From: Acanthaster planci
Taxonomy: Eukaryota
Direction of reading: 5' to 3'
DNA: 64,000 nt
Assembly (NCBI RefSeq): GCF_001949145.1
Contig: NW_019091361.1
Span: forward strand, 3,497,854 to 3,561,853
A model generated the notes under the pieces. It ran no database searches. It saw only the letters and a program-made list of their open reading frames with translations, and was not told the DNA's origin. How positions within the stretch are numbered: position 1 is the stretch's first letter; each line of letters opens with the position of its first letter. Positions 1 through 12,712 of the stretch are shown piece after piece. The position numbers and the translations under genes were made by a program.

Positions 1-3000
1 GTCGGGGATCATTCATAATGTTACTCTTGTAGATTGCTTTATCACTCTTCCTAATATTATTTCAGTTGCAACACTTTGGCAACATTTTTGGTGGTGTATT
101 CATTTCATAATGGAATAAGTGAAAAGCACCAATTGTGCCTACTGCTCTATACAGATGTTCTGTCTTCAAAGTGGTCGAGGAAACCACAGGAAATCCATCA
201 CGTTCCATGCATGAATATGACCATATTGCGGAAAATTGGATTACAAGAAATGGCGACGAGCACACTCTCTGTTATTAAGTTTGACAGTGGTAACCTGAGA
301 GATTTCCGACCAAACTCAGCCAAAACACAGCCCAGACACCTAGTCATGTCTCGTTTCACAAATGGAACTTTTATTGGGGAATAAATGTCCGGCGTCTCTC
401 CAAGAGACCGCTCAGTAGCCTCTTTATGGCAAGAGCAGAAATAAGATAATTGATGTCATTTGATATCAGATGACAACCAATAACACACCGGGGTTCTGTT
501 TGTTCTGTGTGGGCAGGGATCTCAAGAGACTTCAACACCAAGTACTTTATTTTAGGAACTTGATGTTACAGATCATTTGCCAAGTTAGGCTTTGTATATT
601 TTATTTCCAGGAATGTCACAATAAGTGGGTCAAGGTAAAATAAAAGCGCAACTTAATGATAACATTTTCTTTAGCCTAGTATGTGGGAATAAATGCTACA
701 CCCATAGGCCAGCCAGGCCTTTGTGTTGAAGCCGAAAAAGTTTAAGTAAGAAAAATTCATTCAGTGGACTGCAATGGGGCTCAGATTAACGCACATTGTA
801 ATTTAAGTCTACATCTTTAAAAATGGCTGTCATCTGTGGTGTCATTCTTTCAATTAATTGGATGATGGCAACCTCCCTTGATCTTTAAGATGATTTAATA
901 ACTTATATACAGGCACTCCCAGCAATGGTCCCTACTCTTACAAAAATGTGTTCCATAGTGCCTGCTGTGTAGCAATTGTAAAACAACGTATCATTCAAAG
1001 ATTCTACTTAGTTGTCATTTCTAGGGTATTTTTAGTAAAGCTCTGAGAAAAAATCCTTCGATGCGCAAATAAATTCATCTCCTTGTCCAAATATGATCAG
1101 ACAAGCACATGTTCCCCTCCACCAATCTGAGGTTCCTGCACCAAAAAAAAAAATGTCTTCTGTCCCGGGTGGTTTATTTTTAAAGCGCGTATATGAGTCG
1201 GCAGTGTATCAACACATCCGGGGCTGGAGGAAAATGGGTAAGTGTTTGCGTTACGGTGGATGGTTGGATGAGGGGAAACAAATCCCAAGCCTTCCTTCCA
1301 ATGTCACCCTCAATGGCCCATGACTTGAACTTCCCCCCAAGGAGCACAAGGCATGTCCTCCTGGGGCAAACACTGTGGATGTGATGTTGAACCATGCCAG
1401 CGCCATTGTGGGTGGGGTTTTAATCCAGATTTGGCTATCAGTATAGAGTCAATTTATTTTGTAAAGTTTCAAGGTTAGTTTTTGTCAAGTGTCACTATAA
1501 TGGAGCACTGAAAACAATTAGATATTTTGTTTGTTAACTGTAAATTATCTCAATTGATTCTGTTGTTTTGAAATAATATTTTTGTCCCACCTCCAAAAAG
1601 GATTTCTTACCCACTCTATTATTTGAAGCAAGCAAAGTACTCTTTTGAGGAAGCAATTCATTATGTCAAGGCAAAAAAGATTATTTTGGAGAGTGAATAA
1701 TTTGAAATTTATAACATGAAATGTTGATGACATGTCCAATACTACATGTCAGTGATTAATCACCTGTTATTGATCATTCTAAAAACTAGCTGGATTAGAG
1801 ATATGTTCATTATCTGTTGGAGTGCCAGACAGTGTTAGACTTGGCTCGTCTGTATTTTAAGACCATCGTAAGAAGACATACAATCTGTCAGATTAGATTG
1901 ATCTTAAAGGGATTAGATGTTTCAACACCATAGCTCAAAGGCAGCAGTTGTTGGATCAGGTGCAGAAGATGAGCTTGCAACTTCACCACCTCTATATTTG
2001 GGAAGTGAGCAATCAGTGGGGAAAAGGTCAAAGCACGCTAAGCAGCTGAAATTATCTTCAAAAGTAATGTCCATGCACCATAGTCACTCTGAGGTCTTTG
2101 CTTTGAAGTTGTAAAGTGTTTTCATTTTCCTTTTACAGATTTGTTCGCTGAACAGCAGAACTATAACAAGTTTAAATGTTTGTGTAATATTAAAAACAAC
2201 GAATGACAAAAGTGATGAAACATTTCAAGTCACGTCACCGATCTCTACAAGCTCATCTGCAAAGAACAGTGTGTCTCACACAGTGTGAACAAATTTACAG
2301 GATTTGGGAGGGTTTGTTTAAAATCCCTGACAACATCTTCACTGAGAAATAGTGGTTTTTCATTGAAAATGTTTGTCTAAATGGGGAGGCAGAAGGAGGT
2401 TTCTTACTTATTAGTTCTGACCACAGCCTGAACGTTTCCACTATTTGAAGATAGACATGAGTGCAGGACTGCTGCTGATGTGTCCTCGACTTAACTTACG
2501 AGAATGTGGCACAACTACAGTTGTTCCCCCCCCCCATTTCATGTCTTGAAATGTAAACAACCTATGTTTGAGCCACAGCTCACCAGGTTTCATTGCACCT
2601 ACGAAACAATGTGTCCCCCCCTGCCCCTTAGAAGTGTCACATGGTCAGGAGATTGACTGAAGAGCAGAGCTATGGGTGGTTTATGGACTTGAACAAGTGG
2701 GCTGCCTGACTCAGCATAAGTGCTGAGTAATGTTGGTTGTGACTGTAGGTGTGGGGAGACTTATGCTGCATCATCATCAATACGTGTACATGTACAGTGA
2801 CATTTACTTTGGAACAAATAGATGGGGAAACTCATCAGTGTGCATATCACTTTGACAACAATTTAGCATCAGTTTCACTTCAAACCCCTGACGGCAGGTC
2901 ATTCACCTCCACAAACCAGAGTGGCACAGGCTGGCAGCATGTACCCTATCGTTCAACCATTTTTTCACGACTGAATTATTGCCCTTAATATGTTGACTCA

Positions 3001-4208
3001 AGAACTCCACAGAATTCTGTGCATGACCTTCCATAAGCATTGTCTGCAGTATAGACTGTTGGGTGTGCTACCCACCCTTATCAAAACAGTTGCATCAAAA
3101 TAGGGGCAATGAATTTACGTTATTGAGAAACATATCCAGGGTCGTTTTCAACTTGAGGTGGAGACAACTGGAACGTAAAATTTAAAAAACTCACTGTTGC
3201 CAGTTTTCCTGGACAGAAGGTGCATGCACATTGTTGATAGTGGAATTTTTATTTCCTTAGTGAAGCTGATTCACAGTATCCTAGACTTATGGATAAATGT
3301 TTTGGCTGCTTTTCCTTTTCAAAAGGTGCACTTCAGTAAACCACGGTCCCAAACAACCCAAAACTAAAGCAATCCAATTAGTTCTCATGATTTTCGATGT
3401 CCCCAGAGTGGAGGCAAGGCATTGACCCTAGTTTCATGATACAAAGAGGCTAATGAGGCATACGGACTCACACAGACAAGTTGTCTGATTTGGGCGGAGG
3501 AGTCTAAATGCCGAACAATGCCTGGCGACGCCAGCCGAACAATGCAAGACATGCTGTAGCCAGGTGATGGACAGTTGACTAGCTGACCATACGCTGGAGA
3601 GTATTCTTAACTATGAGGAAAACTGAGATATTATACTGATAATTTTTGAAGAACTGAGTACCAAAGTCACCAAACACAAGCATTTTTCCAGGTCAGACTA
3701 GGAAAACAGCCCTGAAATTTTGTCTTTTAATGGTGTAGTTGAGATGCATGGTCATGTGTGTCTGGGGAGGGGGGAGGAAGGGGAATTCCTCCCCCCGCCC
3801 ACCCCCCCAAAAAAGGGAAAAAAAAGGAAAAGCAAAAGAAAAGGCAAAAGGGGATGAAGATACCAATATTGCTTGAAAATGTACCTCAGAATTGACCCCC
3901 CCTTCCACTGTGTTCATAGTTCGTCAGTTTGATGCTGATGAGTGCTTTGCATTCCCACCCCCCCCACCCCAGGAGAAAAATCCCAATGATGCCCATGCAT
4001 CTGATTCTTATATAGTGTATGAGTGTGTGAAATGACCCTTAGGCACATGACGTGACATATCTAGAGGCATGATAGCCATCATACCCAAGATCCACATATA
4101 GCCGATGTATTTACAGTAGAAAGTCACATAAAACGTGCCTGTAATTTATACAACAGTAAACCCTTAAAGTAGGTCAGGCTTGTATCCTTACCATATACCA
4201 AAATGCAG

Positions 4209-4310
4209 TAGCTTTAGTTTACTCAGAAGTCAGTGTTCTAGTTTTTGTTTCATCATCTAGCTTTAGTTTACTCAGAAGTCAGTGTTCTATTTTTGTTTGT
4301 TTAATCATCA
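4209..4310. repeat. Tandem duplication, 2 x about 49 bp
   Basis: TAGCTTTAGTTTACTCAGAAGTCAGTGTTCTA.TTTTTGTTT twice. Confidence 0.9.
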
Positions 4311-7300
4311 TTCTGTTGAATTTGGCTCATGCAAAACGGACCCGCAAGTCACAATACTGGGTATTTATTTATTTATTTATTTATTGTTCACCTGTAGGAT
4401 AGACTCGTGAAATTTTGCATTTTCCATTTGTAATTCGTGCTACATGCCATCTGGCAGCGTATTCCTTGGATGCGATGGACGTGACATCTATGCTGTATTA
4501 GACTAGACAAGCTCTTCAAGATAAAGAAGGGAGACCTAGTCATCACAAGTTCCAACCTATTAACACCATACAGAGCTACGTGGAACGTGACATGCAATTA
4601 GTTGAATGGTTCAATCAGCAGCCATATAGTTCATGTCATGGCTCCAAGTCGGCCTTAGAAGAGGTGCAACCAACCAGGGTTCCTAGGAGGAAGGCAGAGA
4701 AGGAACTTTGTGTCTGGAAACTTGTACTCCGTGTAGTGCTCCAGGATTAAGAAAGCTACCACTGGACGACTTGCCATCAGTGAAAATGTGCAAAAATGTG
4801 ACGTTTTAGACGTGAAAGTCCATTTCTAACTCTGGAGTGAAACAACCTGTAATGTACTTGTACAGTTGGTATAAGGAAGTCATACGTACATGTACCTCGT
4901 ACATATGAGTCAGGCGCGCACACAAAAGACTTTCACATGTACATGTATATATGGGGTGAGTAGTGTGTACCTCCGTCTTTGGTTTTATCAAGTCTTAGAG
5001 TAGCCTTTGGCTGGATAATATAGTTTAACTGCCCAAGATTCACTGTACGTCTCTTGACAGTTTAAAAGGGGTGACTCGGTTGCAAATGTCATGTGCAGCG
5101 GGCACATGGTACATACTGTGGTAAATAAACTACAGAGTAAACAGCAAAGTACAGAAACAAATAGCAAAGGTGGAGCTTGAAGAAGGATATAAATTGTTAG
5201 CGTCCCGATATTAAGACGTTTTTGGAACTGCAGTATCTTGACTTTTTGTTTGAAAGATGAATAAAGATGATGCACAGCTAGTTTTCAGATTTTTAGGGTG
5301 GAAATTCCTTACTAAGAGAAAAAGGAAAGTGAGAATTTAGTTGGATAATATTTTGCAGGTGTTTTCTGTTTCTCATTTTAACATGTACTTGTCAATTCAT
5401 TAAATATTTGTTGTCTTTTGACCACTTGTGATACAGGCAAAGCTCCTACAATCACAATAGCTCTACACCTGAAAAATATTCTGATCGTTCTCCCAGTTGT
5501 AATAACAATGGAGACCATGTGGACTGCCTTCATGTCAGAACTGCTGTTGCCAGAATCGGACAAAAAGTGCATCCCTTTGTCATGAAAGGGTCTCGTTATT
5601 TATCCAACCAAAACACTTGAGTGCCCTGGATCCAGGTGTGTTTCAATGCGAAAGGACAATAAATGACTGATCTCTACTACTCGGCATGTGTGGAATCATC
5701 ATTTCACCTAACAGTGTAGTATTAATACGCAAAAATAATACAGTGAATTGGGTCAGTGCGGGATGGCTGCATTGGCTTGGATTTGATTCTGGCAGTACTC
5801 CCCCCCCCCAAAAAAAAATCCTTCAGGGGGAACATACCTCTTTCGATGAACAGGTTTTGGTTCTAGATTTCATTTATGTATTTAATATCCCTTGAATCCA
5901 ACATAGTAATTGAAATACATTGAAATTCGTTGTGGTTTTGCGAGTGTTAAAAACTTGATAATCAAAATATATTTATAAATACAAAACAATAATAAACAAT
6001 GCAACAAACATTTACACCAAAATTACAACAGATAACTTCAGACAGCATGAGTAAAATAACGATTGATAAATAAAATGAGATTAAGATAACAATAAAATCT
6101 GATGAATCACTGATTAGGACTGTGATTGCACCTGTACATGTACATTCATTCAGATTTGTCATTAAGACAAAGGTTTGGCAACAGTAAACACATTTCCTCT
6201 TCAGTACTGCGCATGGTAAGTTCCACTGTTCAAGTGCATTTTTAAAGCTTGGATGGGCAAAAGGCATTGTTTTTATCTTGTTGCAAACTATTTAATTAAC
6301 CCATCCTGAATGGCAAGCTCTTGTTTTGATTAAATGGGATGGGTGGTTCGTGTTGTGCAACGTTTGTTATGACCCAGCTCAACATTTTCCTTATGTTCTG
6401 GTAGTGTGTCAAGGATATGCATGTTTGTTTTATAGATCTGATAGTTATTGTGAATTGTTCTGGAAGATGTTATGTTTATGAGGGTTGTGAGTTTCCCATA
6501 GAATTGGTTGTTTTGTCTGCAGTCAGTAGTCAGGGAGAGACAAGTTTGGCCTCTGCAACTCAGTTGTCACAGAAAGAGATGAACAAACTGATGGTAAAGC
6601 TATGTTAGTTATTTTGACAAATAAATCCACCTAAATGTCATCACTTGAGAAGGAATGCAGCTCTCTTGGTTAAAAAGTTGGAAATAATAAACATGTTGTT
6701 GAAATATGACTTTTGACAGGATTCTTGTGACACAACATGATCAGGCAGAGGAAATTTACTGGTTTTTTGTCATCAGCTTCGGACTTTCACTCAGGATATA
6801 AATGTGAGAAGCTGTCAGCCGGCTGTAAACATTTTGAAAGTTTGGTAAAAGATTTATTGGATAAACCAACACTTAAAAAGGTGGAAAATAGCCCCAAAGA
6901 TGGCACAAAGACAAAATATGGGGTATATTTTGCCTCTGGTGCTCCTGGGAGGTCTCTGCCAACATGAGGGGGGAAGAAATATCTGTGTCTGCAAATATCA
7001 CCTAAAGTTCAAAGTTATAAAGAAGCTTCTGCACTTGAAAACAGGGGAAATTGGAGGGATCAATCAGTGAGTATGGAGAGATTGACAGTAGTTAAAAATA
7101 ATTTATTCCTACGTACAGAGAACCTCCAGTTTCCACAGCTAGAGTTCACAGAGTGTGAAAGCTGGACGTGTAAAATTGCAATGTCTTTACCCCCCCCCCA
7201 AAAAAAAGAAGATTCCCAAACTATTGCACATGCTCTCAGGAGCTATTCTCACTGCTGGGAGATAGACTGATTAGTGTCATTTTTCCTTTCTTCTTCTGAT

Positions 7301-8773
7301 CTCCTCTTTGCAGCGGATGCAGGAGATCGTTTAACTCATCAGGGATACCTCAGCCACATCAAGCACTTTGGCTTGGTTATCCTCCACAACGAAGCTCAAC
7401 TTTCAATCTTGAGAATCAGTTCTCCTAATTTCCCCGGGGGTCATTGCGGAGGCAAGCACACAAAAGAGTCGGACAGGATTTCCTTTTGTTTGAGCAGGAA
7501 GGCCTGAAATGAAAGATTTTATTTTGGTCAGACTGAACGAATGCAACTTGAAGATTTCTCTTTGTGATCCGACTTCTGATTTCCTTTGGGGTTTGAGCGT
7601 TGTCGTAAGCTTTTCGTGACATGCCTGCATCCAACTTGCTGAGTTTTCAAGTCATTACAAGGTGCTGTCACAAGTCTGGAGTGTGGCTTTTTTTTTTTGG
7701 CCTGTGAGATGAGGTGGAGGAAGTTGCCCAATGGACCAAGTGCCCTTGATATTGAATGCGGAATTGAACTGTTCAACATTTTGTTTCACGCACATTTATG
7801 CGGTGACGCTGCTTTATTGCACCCCACATTCTTCCCATGTCTTAGGCAGTTGCTGCAAAGGCAAAACTGATTGTGCGGTTTAAAATCAATGTTCATGGAA
7901 CTGCACCATGAATAAAATCAGTTTTCCCATACCCTTCCTTGATCAATTTTCGGGTCATGCACAACAGCTATGAAGCAGTTCATGTCTTAAATGTCTCTTT
8001 TGCTTCAAAGCAGAATTTTCAATACAAGTTAGAAAACGTGGGTAATTGTACACTGTGCCAGTTTTCACAGACTTCACATGAGTGGTGATGGTAATTGGTC
8101 TGGGTAAAGAGATGTGTTTCCATGGTGAAAAACGACATGCGATTGTGACAACATTTGAACATGCTACAATCTTTCTACTGTCAGTATCGTCCTTGGTGTT
8201 ACTAGCTCTTGGTTACTTTTGCTTGGCCTTAAGTTGCCATAGGAAAGCCAGCCAGATACAACATATGTTGAGTGGCATTTATCCCAGTGTCTAAGCCCCT
8301 CTGATTTCATCTCAAAGTTTTGTTATGGTAGCACTCCCAAGAACTATTTTTCCACCCTTCTCTCTTTTCTTAATCTGTCAAGTTTTGACCTGGGCCTGTC
8401 AGGGCATGACAAAAACACTCCTACCAACAATGTGGCGTCAGCCTGGGAGTGCACTCATGTCAGGGAAAGTGCAAATTGAGTGTGGAATTGAATGAGGCCT
8501 CAGGAGATTGGACTGCTCCATCAGTGATGCCCCAGAGGAGGGTTGTCAGCACTCCTGAGGGAGTACTTCTCTGTCTTTTTCCATGGTCGCTAATCTTACC
8601 CTTCTGACTTACAAAAAAAAAGTTAACCCTCTCTTCTGAACCAAAGACAGTCCTGTGCAATAATTATTTCTATCACAGCAACTTGCCAACTCTATACAAA
8701 AAAATCCAGTGGGTAGGTAATGCTAAAAAAATCAGCCTGATCTAAGGGAAATGCGCTTTATTTCTGCCTGTCT

Positions 8774-8955
8774 TAAGGCCGATTCATACTCGGCACAATA
8801 GCGAACACGAAATTCTGACATCAGATCTTGAACATTCACGTTGCGAATTTGCAAAAGTTGAACACATTTCAACTCGGACAAAATTTTGCTGCAAGTTTTC
8901 GTGACATCAAATTTGCTTCGTTTTCACATTTGGCTGAAGTATGAACCATCCTTTA
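8774..8955. mobile_element. MITE (about 180 bp), with a related copy at about 30183-30317
   Basis: Imperfect TIR TAAGGCCGATTCATACT / AGTATGAACCATCCTTTA; the internal core ATTCACG.TGC.AATTTGCAAAAGTTGAACAC is shared with the second copy. Confidence 0.65.
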
Positions 8956-11568
8956 CTCTGCCTCAACTGACTCACGTACTAATCGAGAAATTTCTTTTGT
9001 ATTATTTTTTATTTTCATTCAGTCTTGGAGAGATCTTCGGTAGCAGTGAATTGAACTAAATTCTAATTTCTTGAATCTGCCCTTCCTGCATGAATCTTTT
9101 ATCAAACTTTGTTTTCACATTGTGAAGAATACAAGGTTTACTAGTTTTCTAGATACTAGTTTTCTTGAGACTCATAAAAAATCTCACTCTGTGCCAGAAA
9201 AAAAATTTAAAAAAGGTTTGTCTGAATTACTTCCAATCACAAACGACTGAAAAACATGTTCCAACACTTCAGGGCTGAAGTTTTGCCAGAAATGCTTGAT
9301 CTCTACTGGGATGGGACCTACCATCTGGGATCAGTGCTTGGTAATTTGTTTCCCGCCTACCTGTCCGAGTTTCTGGGTCCAGGTGTGAACGGGAGTCCCA
9401 AATGAGAAGCCATCACTTAGTCGATGTAGGCCTATCATGATTTGACAGATCAGAACACAAAGGTGATTCTACAATGTATTATGACCAAAACATGTACATG
9501 TACAGTGTGCAGATTGGCCATTTTGTCAACTGTCAGTGTAGAAAATGTGAATGCCAAAGATTGTTGAATACTTAAGAATTCAGGTGGCGACTGTGCGGAA
9601 ATTTAACTTTATTTCTGAGTTGTGAGGTGATTCTCCGTACATACTGCAACTTACTCCCAGTATTGTCACAGAATCAAAATGTACACTGTACCATCCCATC
9701 ACTCTCTTCTATTCTAAACATACACTTACCATTACCATACTTCGAGTCAGCGTAATTTGCTTGAGGTTTGAAATTCAAAATGGTATATAGTGCTGTATAC
9801 ATGCAGTAGGCTGAAGGGATTTATCCAGGTCAACAGCAAATTGTGCGTCAATCTTTTTTGTTTGTTTGGATAGTTCTTGAAAGTAAACCTATCACAAATG
9901 AGTGATTAACATTGCTTGATTTTTACTGATGTGATGAACTATAATATGAACATGTACATATAGCACTTTTTGGCTTCGTTGTGAAATGTCTCTTCGGTTT
10001 CTTGTAATGGCACTTCTGCAGAAGGGTATGGTATGCATTTCTTAACCGATTTCCTGTCCAGTTTTATGTAAGCTCATGGTTAATCAAGCACATCAAGCCA
10101 ATAGGTAAGTCCATAAGGGTTCACAATGGGGTCATTGACCTCATGATGAAATCCTTGAGCGATTAAAGCAGATTTCATCTGTTGCTGGGCTTTGTGTAAC
10201 CCTACCTTACTGTTTGAGATTGTGAACTCTCAGAGGTCTTGGCTGCAGTGTCAAGAAGTTAGTCAGCTCAAAGCCTAAGTAGTCCGTGGAGATTTCCTCC
10301 CCAACACAAGGGAATAAGGCTGAAGTTCAGCCCGAGCTTTGGGAACGTGGGCATACACCCTTTGTGTGCTTTTGTGTCAGGAGTGGCCCTCTTGCAAAGA
10401 TTTACTGGCCCATACAAGTGGTGCTTGTACTCCGAGTGGCGCCGTTTTTTGATGCAGGTGTCCCCTCATGGATGGGGCTTAGAAAGCCATATGATTGACT
10501 TGTTATTCCCCACTCTTTGATTGACAGTGATTTGTTGATTTTTTTTTCCTGACGGATAATTTTTGTTCCTTTTTATTGGTGGATTATAACGCTTAACTCA
10601 TCTGGTCAGTAACGAGGCAAATGTGAAGTTTTCTTCTCGTCCAAAGGATTTCCAATTCACTTCTCTCCTTTTTGTTTTTCCGACAGATGAAACAGATAGT
10701 TTTGGTTGGGAGCAAAAGCATCTTTATTCGTTTTTGTTTCCCAGTAGAGATCAAATCAAGCCCCGGGTGTGGCACTTAGCTGAAGGTTTTCTTGAAAATC
10801 AGGAAACCAAGAAAGCTTGGCCTCAGACAATTAGTGGGTAACTCCCATGTTCGGACGAACAAAAAAGATTCCCATGAGAATGTATCAGATTGTAACTTAA
10901 AGTGAAACAACACTATTTTTTAAAGCATCACACTAAAATGGCGTTTTACTTATTGACTTTCAGGTCTAGCATTTATTTCTAAGGAGTGTGTTGCTTATTG
11001 ACAGGTGATGGCAGAATTTTGACTTTTTGAAGAACAGGTTGTAAAATGAATTGCATGTACTCCAAATACTCCACTTCTTTGGTTCTTTCTTCTACGCTGT
11101 GTGGCCAGCAAAGTCCCATATGTTCTGTGGTGCAAGACTGCCAAGGTAATCCCTGATGGCTATTAGTTTAGAATGCTTCATGATTGACAAGTAATTATCT
11201 TCTGTTGATTGACATGACTAAAAGGAATGGCTCGTCCTAATGGAGTACCCATAATGTATCACAGTTTCCTCTATCATGTGAGGTAGAAGAGAATAAATTA
11301 GGTCTTTTTCTGCGTTTTTTCTGATTATGAGTTCTCTTCTTTTTCCCCCTAGCTTCAATCCGTACCAGTCAGAAAGTCCAGTGAATTGGCACTTTTTGCT
11401 GACTAACACAGTTTACACAAAACCCAAGGTGCTTCAATCCTGTGTAAGCCACCTTTCGTCAAAATTCCTTTAGTGTTTTTAGGATCAGTAAAGGATCGCT
11501 GTAATCAGCTCAAGCAAAACGTGCCGACTGGAAATGACAGTTTTATTCTACATGTACAGTACACGTAC

Positions 11569-12712
11569 CTCTGGGCAGTTTACACAAGACCAAGGACTGG
11601 GCTGTCTCACTTGGAGCTCCCGACATTAAAAATGGGGTCCAGGTAATCCCCAATAATGCGTTGTAGACAGTGTTGACCTTCGTTTGAAATTGCCATCCTG
11701 CGAGAGTTGACCATGCCTTTCTAAACTGTATAGTTACATATGCCCTCAGTGTAGTATATTTGTGTGCTGGTTGGGTTTTATCTGGGGATATTCTCTTCAC
11801 GTCTTTGGGTGGCCTTTTGGGCGAGTTTCATGCTGTTGTTTAGGAATCATTTCACGGTTTACTTTTGCCCCATTAAATGGATTTTCCCTGGTCGAGAGTG
11901 TTACCTGTGGTTGCATCAGGATGACGAGATGTGCTGTATATTTAAGTTGTCTGATCTCTTGGATAATTTTCAGTCTGTTAAGCCTCTCTCCTGTCATTGT
12001 TGGCGATTAGTTGTAAGATCTTGATTCATTTTAAGTCATTTTTCGTTTAAAGTGCTTTTGCTTTGACTGATAAAATAATAAAATACTGAGAAGTACCGTT
12101 GCCTTGCATAATCAAAAAGCTGTATTGAGATCAGCTTGGAAAAAAATCCAGGGAACGTGAAATCGCACAAGCTGAGTCCCAGCTGGATTCAATTCCAGGA
12201 CTTTCTGCATATTAGCTCAGACGTCTTACCGTTGGCTGTCCAAGACCACCAGCATAAATTCAACAAGTTACTGGGTCTACACACCGACTTCGATCTTACA
12301 ACCAGTGACTTTGATGAAGCACTCAGTGCGGAACTGTGGCACGGAAGCAAGGAATTATAGGGGAGATGTCCAAGGGAAAGAGTGGGCTGGATCTTCGTTA
12401 GCACTCAAGTAGAATGTTTTTTTTTAAGCCAAAGCCTTCATTACTGACAACTGTTAACATTTACATATATTTGTTAGTTTTTCTCAGGACATTTGTGCTT
12501 TGTAAGCCGTAAATAGTCTTTGAATTCCCTAGTTAAAGTTTCCACACTGTTTACTAGTACTACGGGGTTCATTTGTGACACATTCAGGTCTTGGGTCCAG
12601 AAGGCCGGAATTATTTTTCCCCCAAAAGATTACTGACCAGATATCATCATCCATAAAAGAATCTCCAGTGAAAGGTGGTGGTGTTGTTTCTAGAGCGCTG
12701 GTGCTTTCGATT
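11569..12712 (-). CDS. Putative three-exon coding chain of unknown product (12712-12638, 12333-12230, 11697-11569)
   Basis: Each segment has a pyrimidine-rich AG acceptor, a GT donor and only one open frame, and the phases chain 2-2, 2-1, 1-1: IESTSALETTPPPFTGDSFMDDDICSALSASSKSLVVRSKSVCRPSNLLNLCWWSWTANGWQFQTKVNTVYNALLGITWTPFLMSGAPSETAQSLVLCKLPR. No recognised domain. Confidence 0.35.

Noticed and set aside
7280..7507. Strong plus-strand acceptor at 7313, and similar ones near 150, 2138 and 5436
   Set aside because: No matching donors or recognisable protein could be chained. A terminal or non-coding exon cannot be excluded.
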